Assembly: GCA_049520795.1 (NCBI GenBank)
Contig: JBEKPK010000001.1
Span: 1 to 46,894, forward strand
Direction of reading: 5' to 3'
DNA: 46,894 bases
Origin: Bryobacteraceae bacterium
Lineage (GTDB): Bacteria; Acidobacteriota; Terriglobia; Bryobacterales; Bryobacteraceae
Below the pieces are notes generated by a model. That model did not search any database. It was not told the DNA's origin and saw nothing but the letters and a program-made list of their open reading frames with translations. A program made the position numbers and the translations under genes. This document shows, piece by piece, positions 29,797-37,835 of this stretch (within the stretch, counting starts at the first letter, position 1; each line of letters opens with the position of its first letter).

Positions 29797-30321
29797 TTGA
29801 GCCGTATCTTTCTGGCATTCCGCTGTTTCTTCGGCATTCTGTTCCGTGGCGAGTTGTCCGATTCGGCGCTGGGAGATCTGCGGCTGGTGAAACGCGGGCT
29901 GGCCGCGCCGGCCAAGGCGGCCGCTCCTGCCGCACCGCCCGCGCGGACCTCCGACGGGGCCTTGCAGATGCTGGGGATTTTACAGCGCGACTCGCGCCTG
30001 GTGGACTTCCTGATGGAGGATATCGCCGCTTACTCCGACGACCAGGTGGGCGCGGCCGTGCGCGAACTGCACGATCAGTGCCGCGATTCGCTCACCCGCT
30101 ACGTCGCGCTTCAACCGGTGATCGACGGCGTGGAAGGCACATACGCCAAGGCGCCGGCCGATGCCAACGCCGTAAAGTTCGTGGGCAACGTGCCGGCTGC
30201 GCCGCCGCCGGGCGGAACCCTCCGCCACAAGGGGTGGCGCGCGGCCAAGGTGGATTTGCCCGTTTTGTCCCCCAAGCAGGACGCCGCCATCATCGCCCCC
30301 GCGGAAATCGAAATCGAGTGA
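29797..30321 (+). CDS. DUF2760-like protein (Hsp70-paralogue-associated)
   Basis: TTG start 5 nt after GGGGAG. The N-terminus (M)SRIFLAFRCFFGILF and the central LQMLGILQRDSRLVDFLMEDIAAYSDDQVGAAVRELH fit my recollection of DUF2760. Its stop overlaps the GTG start of the next gene (GTGA). Confidence 0.6.
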   Translation: MSRIFLAFRCFFGILFRGELSDSALGDLRLVKRGLAAPAKAAAPAAPPARTSDGALQMLGILQRDSRLVDFLMEDIAAYSDDQVGAAVRELHDQCRDSLTRYVALQPVIDGVEGTYAKAPADANAVKFVGNVPAAPPPGGTLRHKGWRAAKVDLPVLSPKQDAAIIAPAEIEIE

Positions 30322-32147
30322 AAACGTTGCCGCCGAAATACGTGATCGGAATCGATTTGGGCACCACCAATTCCGCGCTGGCCTACGCGGAGGTTGGCGC
30401 CGACGAATTCGCGCCGGCCAGCGTGCAACTGTTGGGCATTCCGCAACTGACCAATCCCGGCGAGGTGCGCGAAGAGGACCTGCTGCCTTCCTTTCTTTAC
30501 CTGCCTGGGCCGGCCGATTTCCCGGCCGGGACCATCGCCCTGCCTTGGGATGAAAAGCGCGCCTTCGTGGCGGGCCGCCTGGCGCAGAAACGCGGGGCGG
30601 AGAACGCCGGCCGCCTGGTCTCCTCCGCCAAGTCCTGGCTTTCGCACTCCGGCGTGGACCGCACCGCCGCGCTGCTGCCTTTCCGCGCCCCCGAAGGGGT
30701 CGACAGGATTTCGCCGGTGGAAGCCAGCCGCCGCTGCCTGGAACATCTGCGGCAAGCCTGGGACGCCAAGATGCCCGACGCGCCCTTCAGCGCGCAGCAG
30801 GCGCTGGTCACCGCGCCGGCATCCTTCGACGCGGTGGCGCGCGAGCTGACGCTCGAGGCCGCCAAACAGGCCGGCTTCGAAAACATCACCCTCCTCGAAG
30901 AGCCGCAGGCCGCCTTCTACGCCTGGATCGAGCGCCACGCCGACTGGCGCGAGCGCGTGAAGCTGGGCGACCTGATCCTGGTTGTCGATATCGGCGGCGG
31001 AACCACCGATTTCACGCTCATCGCGGTGACCGAGACCGATGGCGAACTGGGGCTCAGCCGCGTGGCCGTGGGCGAGCACATCCTGCTCGGCGGCGACAAC
31101 ATCGACCTGGCGCTGGCAGGGGTGGTTTCCGAACGGCTGGCGCAGAAGGGGACGCGCATCGACAGCCGCCAGCTTCAGGCGCTTTGGAACAATTGCCGCG
31201 CGGCCAAGGAGAAACTGCTGGAGCCCGGATCGAAGGCCAAAGAGCAGGCGGTGACGATTCTGGGCAAGGGCTCTGGTTTGGTGGGCGGTACGATCAAGGC
31301 GTCATTGCTGCGCGAAGACATCGAAAGCGTGCTCAGCGAAGGATTCCTGCCGGCCGTGCCCAGCACGGAGATGCCCGCGCGGCAGCGCCGCGGAGGCTTG
31401 CAGGAACTGGGGCTGCCCTACGCCGCCGACCCGGCCATCACGAGGCACATGGCGCGTTTCCTGCGCCAGCAGGCCGCCACCGCCGAGCACGGGGCCGTCC
31501 GCCGCGGTCCCAGCGGGCTGGCGTGTCCCACGCACGTGCTGTTCAACGGAGGTGTGCTAAATGCCGCGCTGGTGCGGGAGCGAATTCTGGGCTCCCTGAA
31601 CTCGTGGCTTGCCGAAGAGGAAATGGCGCCCGTGCGCGAGTTGGCGGGCGAGGACCTCATGCACGCGGTGGCACGCGGGGCCGCTTACTACGGCCTGGCC
31701 CGCCTGGGACGCGGCGTGCGCATTCGCGGCGGCGTGCCGCGCACGTACTACGTGGGCATCGAAAGCTCCATGCCGGCGGTTCCCGGCTTCCCTGCTCCGC
31801 TCAAAGCGCTCACGGTGGTCCCATTCGGCATGGAAGAAGGAACCGAAGCGCGCATCCCCGGCCGCGAATTCGGGTTGGTGGTGGGCGAGCCGGCCGAGTT
31901 CCGCTTCTTCCATTCCGCCACCCGCAAGAACGACCAGCCGGGCGATCTCATCGAAGATATCGGCGACGAACTGCAAGAGCTATCTCCCATGGAAGCGCGC
32001 TTCGAAGGCGGCGCGGAAGCGTCGGAAGTGGTTCCGGTATCCTTCGAAACCGTGGTCACCGAAACCGGCATGTTACAGCTCTGGTGCGTGGCCCGCGACG
32101 GGCGAAGGTGGAAGCTGGAGTTCAACGTGAGAGAGCGGGTGACATAG
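30318..32147 (+). CDS. Non-canonical Hsp70-family ATPase, paralogue A (609 aa)
   Basis: Actin-fold/Hsp70 motifs are present: IGIDLGTTNSALAY (phosphate 1), VVDIGGGTTDFTLI (phosphate 2), LLGGDNIDLALA and VLFNGGVLNAA. It has a divergent beta-rich C-domain and lacks the EEVD and lid features of DnaK. Confidence 0.85.
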   Translation: MKTLPPKYVIGIDLGTTNSALAYAEVGADEFAPASVQLLGIPQLTNPGEVREEDLLPSFLYLPGPADFPAGTIALPWDEKRAFVAGRLAQKRGAENAGRLVSSAKSWLSHSGVDRTAALLPFRAPEGVDRISPVEASRRCLEHLRQAWDAKMPDAPFSAQQALVTAPASFDAVARELTLEAAKQAGFENITLLEEPQAAFYAWIERHADWRERVKLGDLILVVDIGGGTTDFTLIAVTETDGELGLSRVAVGEHILLGGDNIDLALAGVVSERLAQKGTRIDSRQLQALWNNCRAAKEKLLEPGSKAKEQAVTILGKGSGLVGGTIKASLLREDIESVLSEGFLPAVPSTEMPARQRRGGLQELGLPYAADPAITRHMARFLRQQAATAEHGAVRRGPSGLACPTHVLFNGGVLNAALVRERILGSLNSWLAEEEMAPVRELAGEDLMHAVARGAAYYGLARLGRGVRIRGGVPRTYYVGIESSMPAVPGFPAPLKALTVVPFGMEEGTEARIPGREFGLVVGEPAEFRFFHSATRKNDQPGDLIEDIGDELQELSPMEARFEGGAEASEVVPVSFETVVTETGMLQLWCVARDGRRWKLEFNVRERVT

Positions 32148-32233
32148 CCATCTTCGCGTGGAGGACGCTTCAGCGGGGACGACTCGCCGCGAGCCGCAAT
32201 AATTGTCGGAAACTGGCGTCTGAACCGCAGCCG

Positions 32234-32280
32234 TAGAGCGGGCTTCCAGCCTGCCATGCCGGCGCCCTTGCCGGCATTCT
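32234..32280. repeat. REP-B 47-nt intergenic repeat, copy 3
   Basis: TAGAGCGGGCTTCCAGCCTGCCATGCCGGCGCCCTTGCCGGCATTCT, about 85 nt after the stop of Hsp70 paralogue A. Confidence 0.8.
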
Positions 32281-32345
32281 CCCCGGCCAAGCGAAGTGCG
32301 AGGCGTGTTGGGCTATCGGGGATATACTTGTTTGCGGAGCCACTC

Positions 32346-33263
32346 ATGATGAGACGCAATCTGCTGTTGGCGGGGACGCTTGGTTTCACGCTGCTCCATG
32401 GCCAGACACTGCCCCCCGAGCAGAAGCAGAAAGTGGACGGCGCGGTTCCCGCCAAGGCGCCGGTCAAGCCGAAGAGACCTCGCCGCATGTTGGTGAGTAA
32501 CCTCGCCATGCGCGACGGCCATCTCTGGCGCGGCAGCTCCGACGCCACCATTCCGGCAGCTAACTACGCCATCGGGCAGATGGGCAAACGCACCGGCGCT
32601 TACGAGGCGGTCTTCAGCGACGATGTCGAGATGTTCCGCCCCGGCCGGATCAAACAGTTCGACGCCATCTGCTTTCTGAATACGGTAGGCGTGCTGTTTG
32701 ACGACCCGGAGCTAAAGAAATCGCTGCTCGCCTTCATCGCCAACGGCAAGGGGTTCGTGGGGATTCACGATGCCATCGCAACCTTCGTGCAGTATCCCAA
32801 GTACGACCAGTGGCCGCCATTCGGCCAGATGCTGGGCGCCACCGAGAATGGCGGACATCCCTGGGACGGCGAGACGATGACGGTAAAGGTGGAGGACCCC
32901 AAGAGCCCGCTCGATGCCGTGTTTCACGGCCAGGAATTCCAGATTGCCGACCAGGCTTTCCAGTTTCAGGAGCCGGCCCTGCGCGACCATCTCCACGTGC
33001 TCCTCAGCATCGATGTGGAGAAGACCGGCTTCTCTCCCAGCCGCCGCATCCTGCCGGTGCGCATGGCGGACAAGGATTTTCCCGTGACTTGGATCCGCGC
33101 CTATGGGAAGGGCCGCGTGTTCTACAGCTCTCTGGGGCATGGCGCGCCGGTCTTCTGGAACGCTCCGCTGCTCGAACACTTCCTGGCCGGCATCCAATAC
33201 GCCCTGGGCGATCTGAAAGCGGATAGCCGGCCCAGCGGAATGCTGCCCGCGGCGAAGAAGTAA
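32346..33263 (+). CDS. ThuA-like (trehalose-utilisation domain) secreted protein
   Basis: Signal peptide MMRRNLLLAGTLGFTLLHG and ThuA-type motifs GFVGIHDA and FPVTWIRAYGKGRVFYSSLGH. Confidence 0.75.
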   Translation: MMRRNLLLAGTLGFTLLHGQTLPPEQKQKVDGAVPAKAPVKPKRPRRMLVSNLAMRDGHLWRGSSDATIPAANYAIGQMGKRTGAYEAVFSDDVEMFRPGRIKQFDAICFLNTVGVLFDDPELKKSLLAFIANGKGFVGIHDAIATFVQYPKYDQWPPFGQMLGATENGGHPWDGETMTVKVEDPKSPLDAVFHGQEFQIADQAFQFQEPALRDHLHVLLSIDVEKTGFSPSRRILPVRMADKDFPVTWIRAYGKGRVFYSSLGHGAPVFWNAPLLEHFLAGIQYALGDLKADSRPSGMLPAAKK

Positions 33264-33325
33264 GACGGCGGGATGCGAAGACCTTGACCGTGGCGATTCC
33301 GGCAGCGGGTAGCTAACGCTTTACA

Positions 33326-33526
33326 ATGGAACTGGTGAAGGTCCGCGATCTGCTGCGGCTCGTCGAGGCGGATGGATGGCGCCATGTCCGAACGACTGGA
33401 AGCCATAGGCACTATAAGCACGCGCAGAAACCGCACGTCGTGACGATCCCCGGACACCCCGGCGATGACGTACCGACCGGCACGCTGAAGTCGGTTCTAA
33501 GGGCCGCTGGATTGGAGAAGAAGTAA
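33326..33526 (+). CDS. hicA: HicA-family type II toxin
   Basis: 66 aa; ADGWRHVRTTGSHRHYKH...VVTIPGHPGDDVPTGTLKSVLRAAGL matches the HicA pattern. Confidence 0.9.
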   Translation: MELVKVRDLLRLVEADGWRHVRTTGSHRHYKHAQKPHVVTIPGHPGDDVPTGTLKSVLRAAGLEKK

Positions 33527-33750
33527 TGAGCCAGAAATACGCGGTGATTTTCGAGCGGGCAGCGAGCAATTGGGCCGCGTACGTTCCCGATCTACCCGGC
33601 TGCATCACGACCGGCAGGACCTTAGAGGAGACGGAGCGCAATATCCGAGAGGCGATTCAAGGGCACTTGCAGACCCTCCGCGAATTCGGCGATCCCATTC
33701 CCCACCCGACCAGCCTCGCCAGGGAAATTGAAATCCCGCCGGCCGCGTAA
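33526..33750 (+). CDS. hicB: HicB-family antitoxin (short form, no appended DNA-binding domain)
   Basis: YAVIFERAASNWAAYVPDLPGCITTGRTLEETERNIREAIQGHL matches the HicB/UPF0150 pattern. Its ATG overlaps the hicA TAA by 1 nt. Confidence 0.85.
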   Translation: MSQKYAVIFERAASNWAAYVPDLPGCITTGRTLEETERNIREAIQGHLQTLREFGDPIPHPTSLAREIEIPPAA

Positions 33751-33931
33751 GGCCTGACGGCCTCGGCGGAAGACGGCAATGCCATTTGCCGACCTGCCGA
33801 GGAAGCGGCCAGGTTCGCGCGTGGGGTACCCACGCGGACGCCCAGCGTGCCGCTGATGCGCCGGGAAATTTCGTCCCGTTTTCCTCTGCTCGTAGAAGTA
33901 AACCGGTCGAAAAGGGGCCCGAGGTCCCATC

Positions 33932-34126
33932 CTAGCTCTGGTGTTTCGCGATCAACTCCCGGACCTTGGGCAACAGGTCGCGGGGAACATTCATGACGGT
34001 CTCGGCGGACTCAACGCCGGCTTCGTCCTCCGCCAAGGCTTCATCGTCGGTCTGCTCTCCGTAATGAGCGAGCACCCGGCGTACTCTGCCCTCATCCCAT
34101 GCTTCCGGGAACTTGTTTTGGCTCAT
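33932..34126 (-). CDS. Putative antitoxin of the upstream small toxin
   Basis: 64-aa acidic protein (…WDEGRVRRVLAHYGEQTDDEALAEDEAG…) that forms an ATGA overlap with the toxin-like gene. Confidence 0.5.
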   Translation of the reverse strand: MSQNKFPEAWDEGRVRRVLAHYGEQTDDEALAEDEAGVESAETVMNVPRDLLPKVRELIAKHQS

Positions 34127-34407
34127 TGGCGTTTCTTCTTTCTGCGCCGGCGATACGCCACCAAGGGCTTTCCGGTCAGATCGTAGGCCGTAATCACGAA
34201 CACGGAGTCCAGTTCAGCGTCCGGGACGTAGATGACACGCAAGTATCTGCCAGACGCTGTCCGTCCCAACGCAATTCTGGAACCTTCGCGGGCCGCCCGA
34301 TCCTCTCCCGGTTTCTCCAAGACATCAATGACCTCGGCCTCGTCCACCCCATGGTTACGAATATGGGGCAACCCGGTTGCAGGATCGACATAGAATCGGG
34401 CGTTCAA
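34123..34407 (-). CDS. Small toxin-like protein (BrnT/DUF497- or DUF4258-like)
   Basis: 94 aa; HIRNHGVDEAEVIDVL...GRTASGRYLRVIYVPDAELDSVFVITAYDL fits those small RNase-toxin patterns. The toxin-first gene order matches brnTA. Confidence 0.5.
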   Translation of the reverse strand: MNARFYVDPATGLPHIRNHGVDEAEVIDVLEKPGEDRAAREGSRIALGRTASGRYLRVIYVPDAELDSVFVITAYDLTGKPLVAYRRRRKKKRQ

Positions 34408-34487
34408 GCTTCTTCGACTTCAATTCTAACCCCGAATGACAAGCGCGCGGGCGACCCGCAGCCCCGCCATCCCTTAAGCTAAAAGTG

Positions 34488-37130
34488 ATGAAGATCGGCA
34501 TCGACCTCGGCACTACCAATTCCGCGCTGGCTTACATTGACGAATGCGAGGCGGAGGATCGCGACTTTCCGCCGGTACATATCTTTGAGACGCCGCAGCT
34601 TGTGGCCGCCGGGCGCATCGAAGCGCGGCGCACGCTGCCTTCGTTTTTGTTTCTGGAGGAGGGGCAGCCGGTCGGCGTCTACGCGCGTGAGCAGGGGGCG
34701 CTCGTGCCGACGCGCCTGGTGCATTCGGCGAAATCGTGGCTCTCCAACCCCGACGTGGACCGCACCGCCAAGATCCTGCCCTGGGATTCGCCGGAGAGCG
34801 GGCGCGCGCTTTCTCCGGTGGAAGTTTCGGCGCGCATCATCGGTAAATTCCGCGAGGAGTGGGACCGTGCGCACGCCGAACCCCTGGCGGAGCAGGATAT
34901 CGTGCTCACCGCGCCTGCCTCGTTCGACGAAGAAGCGCGCGAGCTCACCGTGGAGGCCGCGCGGCAGGCCGGCATCGAGAAGCTGACCCTGCTCGAAGAG
35001 CCCGCCGCGGCCTTCTATTCGTGGATCGCCAACAACCTGGCGCAGTCGCGCAAGAAGCTCTTCGACGGCCAGGTGGTTCTGATCTGCGACGTGGGCGGCG
35101 GCACCAGCGACTTCAGCCTGATCCGCGTTTCGCGCGACGGCGACCTGGTCAACTTCACCCGTACCGCCGTGGGCAAGCACCTCCTGCTGGGTGGGGACAA
35201 TCTGGATCTCACCCTGGCCTGGCTGGCGGAGAGCAAACTGGGCTCTCAGCTTTCCATACGCCAGCGCAGCGGCTTGCGGCGGCAGTGCTCGGCGGCCAAG
35301 GAGAAGTTGCTGAACGACGCCAACCTGAAGTCGGTGGAAATCACCGTGCTCGGCGCGGGATCGGCGCTGATCGGCCGGTCGCTCAAGACCGAGATCCTGC
35401 GCGAGGAAGCGCTGGAACTCGCGCTCGAAGGCTTCCTGCCGTTCACCGAGCGCGGCGAGGCGCCCAAAGAGGAGAAGCGCAGCCTGTTCCGGGAGTTGGG
35501 CCTGCCCTACGTCAGCGACGCCGCCATCACGCGCCACCTGAACGCGTTCCTGGAACCCACCGGCCAGACGCCGGACGCCATTTTGTTCAACGGCGGCTTC
35601 TTCATTCCGGAGATCCTGCAAGAGCGGGTGGCCGAGGTGGTGGGGCGCTGGTACGGGCGGCGGCCCGAGGTTTTCGAAAACACGGAGCTCGATCTGGCGG
35701 TGGCGCGCGGGGCCGCTTATTATTCCTACGTGCGTTCCACTGGCAGCGGCGTGCTGGTGCGCGGCGGTTTGCCGCGCACCTACTACATCGGCCTGGGCGA
35801 GCCGCGCGACGGCAAGTTTCCGGCCGTGTGCCTGGTCCCGCGCGGCGCCGAAGAGGGATCCACCATCGAGATCGATAACGACGCGCTGCAACTGGTGGCC
35901 AACCGGCCGGTTGGGTTCCGGCTGTATAGCTCGCTGACGCGCAGCGAAGACAAGCTCGGCGACGTGCTCGAGTTTCGCGCCGAAGATGCGGATCTGCACA
36001 TGCACGCGCCCCTCAACGCGGTGATCCGCTTCGGCAAGAAGGCCGAGGAGCGGCTAATCCCAGTGAAACTCGGGGCGCGGCTGACGGAGATCGGCACGCT
36101 CGAGACATGGTGCGAATCGAAAATCAGCGACAACCGCTGGCGGCTGCGGTTCGAGCTGCGCAAGAAGGCCGCCGAACAGCCGGCGGAACGCAAAGCGGCG
36201 GCGGTGGTGAGCGAGCAGGCGCTCAAATCGTCGCTGGAGCTGATCCAGGCCGTGTTCGCGCCCAACGCCAAATCGCCCATCGCGCCGGAAGAGGTCCCCG
36301 CGAAGCTGGAACAAACCATGGGGTTGGGAAGAAACTCCTGGCCGCTGGCCACCATTCGCCATCTGGCGGACGCTTTCCTGGCGGTAGCCGACGGCCGCAA
36401 GAAGAGCCCTGCATATGAAATCCGCTGGTTCAACCTGTGCGGCTTTTGCCTGCGGCCCGGCTTCGGGTACCCCGGCGACGATTTCCGCATAGAACAAACC
36501 CGCCGCATCTACGTGGGTGGTATCACCCACGGCAACCAGGTGCAATGCGAAATCGACTGGTGGATATTCTGGGGGCGCGTGGCGGGCGGGATGAACCGCA
36601 ACCAGCAGGCCGACGTCTACCAGCGGCTCTCCGGGTTCCTGCTGCCGCGCGGCGCCAGGAAGCCGCAGCGCATCAACCCGTCGCTGTTGCGCGAAATGTG
36701 GCGCGCCGCCGCCAGCCTGGAGTTGCTGCCCATCGGCGTGAAAACGGAATTGGGGGACGCTCTTATCCGGCGCGTGAAGGCCGGCGATTTCAAGGAAAGC
36801 GAGATCTGGTGCCTGTCGCGTCTGGGCGCCCGCAAGCTGTTCTATGGTCCCATGAACCTGGTGGTCCCGCCGGCTACGGCCACCCGTTGGGCCGAAGCGC
36901 TGCTCAACGTGGCCGGCGCCGGCGAAGCGCTGGCCGCCATCGCGCGCCGCACCGAAGACCCTACGCGCGATCTACCGGCGGCCACGCTCGAGAATGTGCG
37001 CCGCAAGCTAGAATCCACGCCGCACGCGGAGCGCCTGCTGGCCGTGTTCGAAGGCGACGAAGCAGACGACCGGGCGCTGGGGCGGATCTTCGGCGAGGAG
37101 CTGCCGTCGGGGCTGGTGCTGATGGAGTAA
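34488..37130 (+). CDS. Non-canonical Hsp70-family ATPase, paralogue B (880 aa) with a ~320-aa C-terminal extension
   Basis: Hsp70 motifs IGIDLGTTNSALAY, ICDVGGGTSDFSLI, LLGGDNLDLTLA and ILFNGGFFIPE. It shares the SAKSWLS...VDRTA segment and the beta-rich domain with paralogue A. Residues ~560-880 are a helical, W/R-rich domain of unknown family. Confidence 0.85.
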   Translation: MKIGIDLGTTNSALAYIDECEAEDRDFPPVHIFETPQLVAAGRIEARRTLPSFLFLEEGQPVGVYAREQGALVPTRLVHSAKSWLSNPDVDRTAKILPWDSPESGRALSPVEVSARIIGKFREEWDRAHAEPLAEQDIVLTAPASFDEEARELTVEAARQAGIEKLTLLEEPAAAFYSWIANNLAQSRKKLFDGQVVLICDVGGGTSDFSLIRVSRDGDLVNFTRTAVGKHLLLGGDNLDLTLAWLAESKLGSQLSIRQRSGLRRQCSAAKEKLLNDANLKSVEITVLGAGSALIGRSLKTEILREEALELALEGFLPFTERGEAPKEEKRSLFRELGLPYVSDAAITRHLNAFLEPTGQTPDAILFNGGFFIPEILQERVAEVVGRWYGRRPEVFENTELDLAVARGAAYYSYVRSTGSGVLVRGGLPRTYYIGLGEPRDGKFPAVCLVPRGAEEGSTIEIDNDALQLVANRPVGFRLYSSLTRSEDKLGDVLEFRAEDADLHMHAPLNAVIRFGKKAEERLIPVKLGARLTEIGTLETWCESKISDNRWRLRFELRKKAAEQPAERKAAAVVSEQALKSSLELIQAVFAPNAKSPIAPEEVPAKLEQTMGLGRNSWPLATIRHLADAFLAVADGRKKSPAYEIRWFNLCGFCLRPGFGYPGDDFRIEQTRRIYVGGITHGNQVQCEIDWWIFWGRVAGGMNRNQQADVYQRLSGFLLPRGARKPQRINPSLLREMWRAAASLELLPIGVKTELGDALIRRVKAGDFKESEIWCLSRLGARKLFYGPMNLVVPPATATRWAEALLNVAGAGEALAAIARRTEDPTRDLPAATLENVRRKLESTPHAERLLAVFEGDEADDRALGRIFGEELPSGLVLME

Positions 37131-37185
37131 GGGCCCGTCTTGAAGTGGCCATTCCAACCGCTCCCTGACAACGTGCGAAAGATCC

Positions 37186-37211
37186 GGTTGGCAGGCGAAA
37201 GCGCCTGCCCC
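37186..37211. repeat. REP-A hairpin repeat, copy 3 (reverse orientation)
   Basis: The reverse complement is GGGGCAGGCGCTTTCGCCTGCCAACC. It lies 56 nt after the stop of Hsp70 paralogue B. Confidence 0.8.
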
Positions 37212-37233
37212 ACAAGTCCTTCGACAACAAGGT

Positions 37234-37260
37234 GGGACAGGCTTCCGGCTGTCAATCCGA
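37234..37260. repeat. REP-C solo copy (GGGACAGGCTTCCGGCTGTCAATCCGA)
   Basis: Related to the arms of the 22930-23009 hairpin (GGGATAAGGCTCCAGCCTTGTCAATCCGA). Confidence 0.6.
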
Positions 37261-37364
37261 CATTGCCCGAGGAAGACGCGGAGGCGCTGGTCGATGCCGG
37301 CGGTGGCACGCCGGTTCGCTGGGTCCCCGGCGAAGGTTGGGTGGAGGGGAATCCTCAGAGGTGG

Positions 37365-37612
37365 CGTATCCAACGGTAGGCTTCTTTGCGGTCGCCGACG
37401 AACTCGAAGTCAACCAGGCGCTCGTGGCTGTAGACAGAGAAAACGAGGCGGTAATCGCGACCGAGACGGACGGAGAAGCGGTTCGCCCGCCCCTGGAGCT
37501 TCTTGCCCTGCTAAGGGTTCGATAACACATCGAGGATGGCTTGGACGGCCTTTTGCCGGATCTGGGAACGGAGGGCGAGCAGGTCCTTTTCGAAGGAACT
37601 GGCGTAGCTACC
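37365..37612 (-). pseudogene. Decayed RelE/ParE-family toxin (in-frame TAG, no usable start codon)
   Basis: The minus-strand frame reads ...GSYASSFEKDLLALRSQIRQKAVQAILDVLSNP*QGKKLQGRANRFSVRLGRDYRLVFSVYSHERLVDFEFVGDRKEAYRWIRHL*. The TAG is at 37513-37511. No in-frame ATG, GTG or TTG precedes the conserved N-terminus. Confidence 0.8.
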
Positions 37613-37793
37613 GAAGCCGAGCGAGAAGATCCGGGAGCGGATGGCGTCGATCTTTCAGCCTGGCGTCGCAGAGGGCATCGAGGGCTTGATCCTCGGTCGC
37701 TACGGCGGTCTTGAGGGCGCGGCGGTAAACCTTGTCGACGGAGAGAGGGGCGCTGCGGCGAGCAGACGCCGGGGTAGCGACGCGGGCTTTCAT
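37608..37793 (-). CDS. Antitoxin-like protein upstream of the decayed RelE
   Basis: 61 aa from ATG 37793 (MKARVATPASARRSAPLSVDKVYRRALKTAVATEDQALDAL...). Its stop overlaps the toxin remnant. The C-terminus may itself be altered. Confidence 0.55.
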   Translation of the reverse strand: MKARVATPASARRSAPLSVDKVYRRALKTAVATEDQALDALCDARLKDRRHPLPDLLARLR

Positions 37794-37835
37794 GACCAGA
37801 TTCATTCTATCACCCGTCACCCTGGAAGCTGCCGA

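Noticed and set aside
34479-36005. 508-aa minus-strand ORF, plus the plus-strand out-of-frame ORFs 34859-35878 and 36437-37168
   Set aside because: They are antisense or out of frame to Hsp70 paralogue B, with no motifs. They are GC shadow frames.
37140-37379. 79-aa plus-strand ORF after Hsp70 paralogue B
   Set aside because: It is composed largely of REP-A and REP-C repeat sequence (GESACPT-type peptide), and it lies antisense to the RelE remnant at its 3' end.
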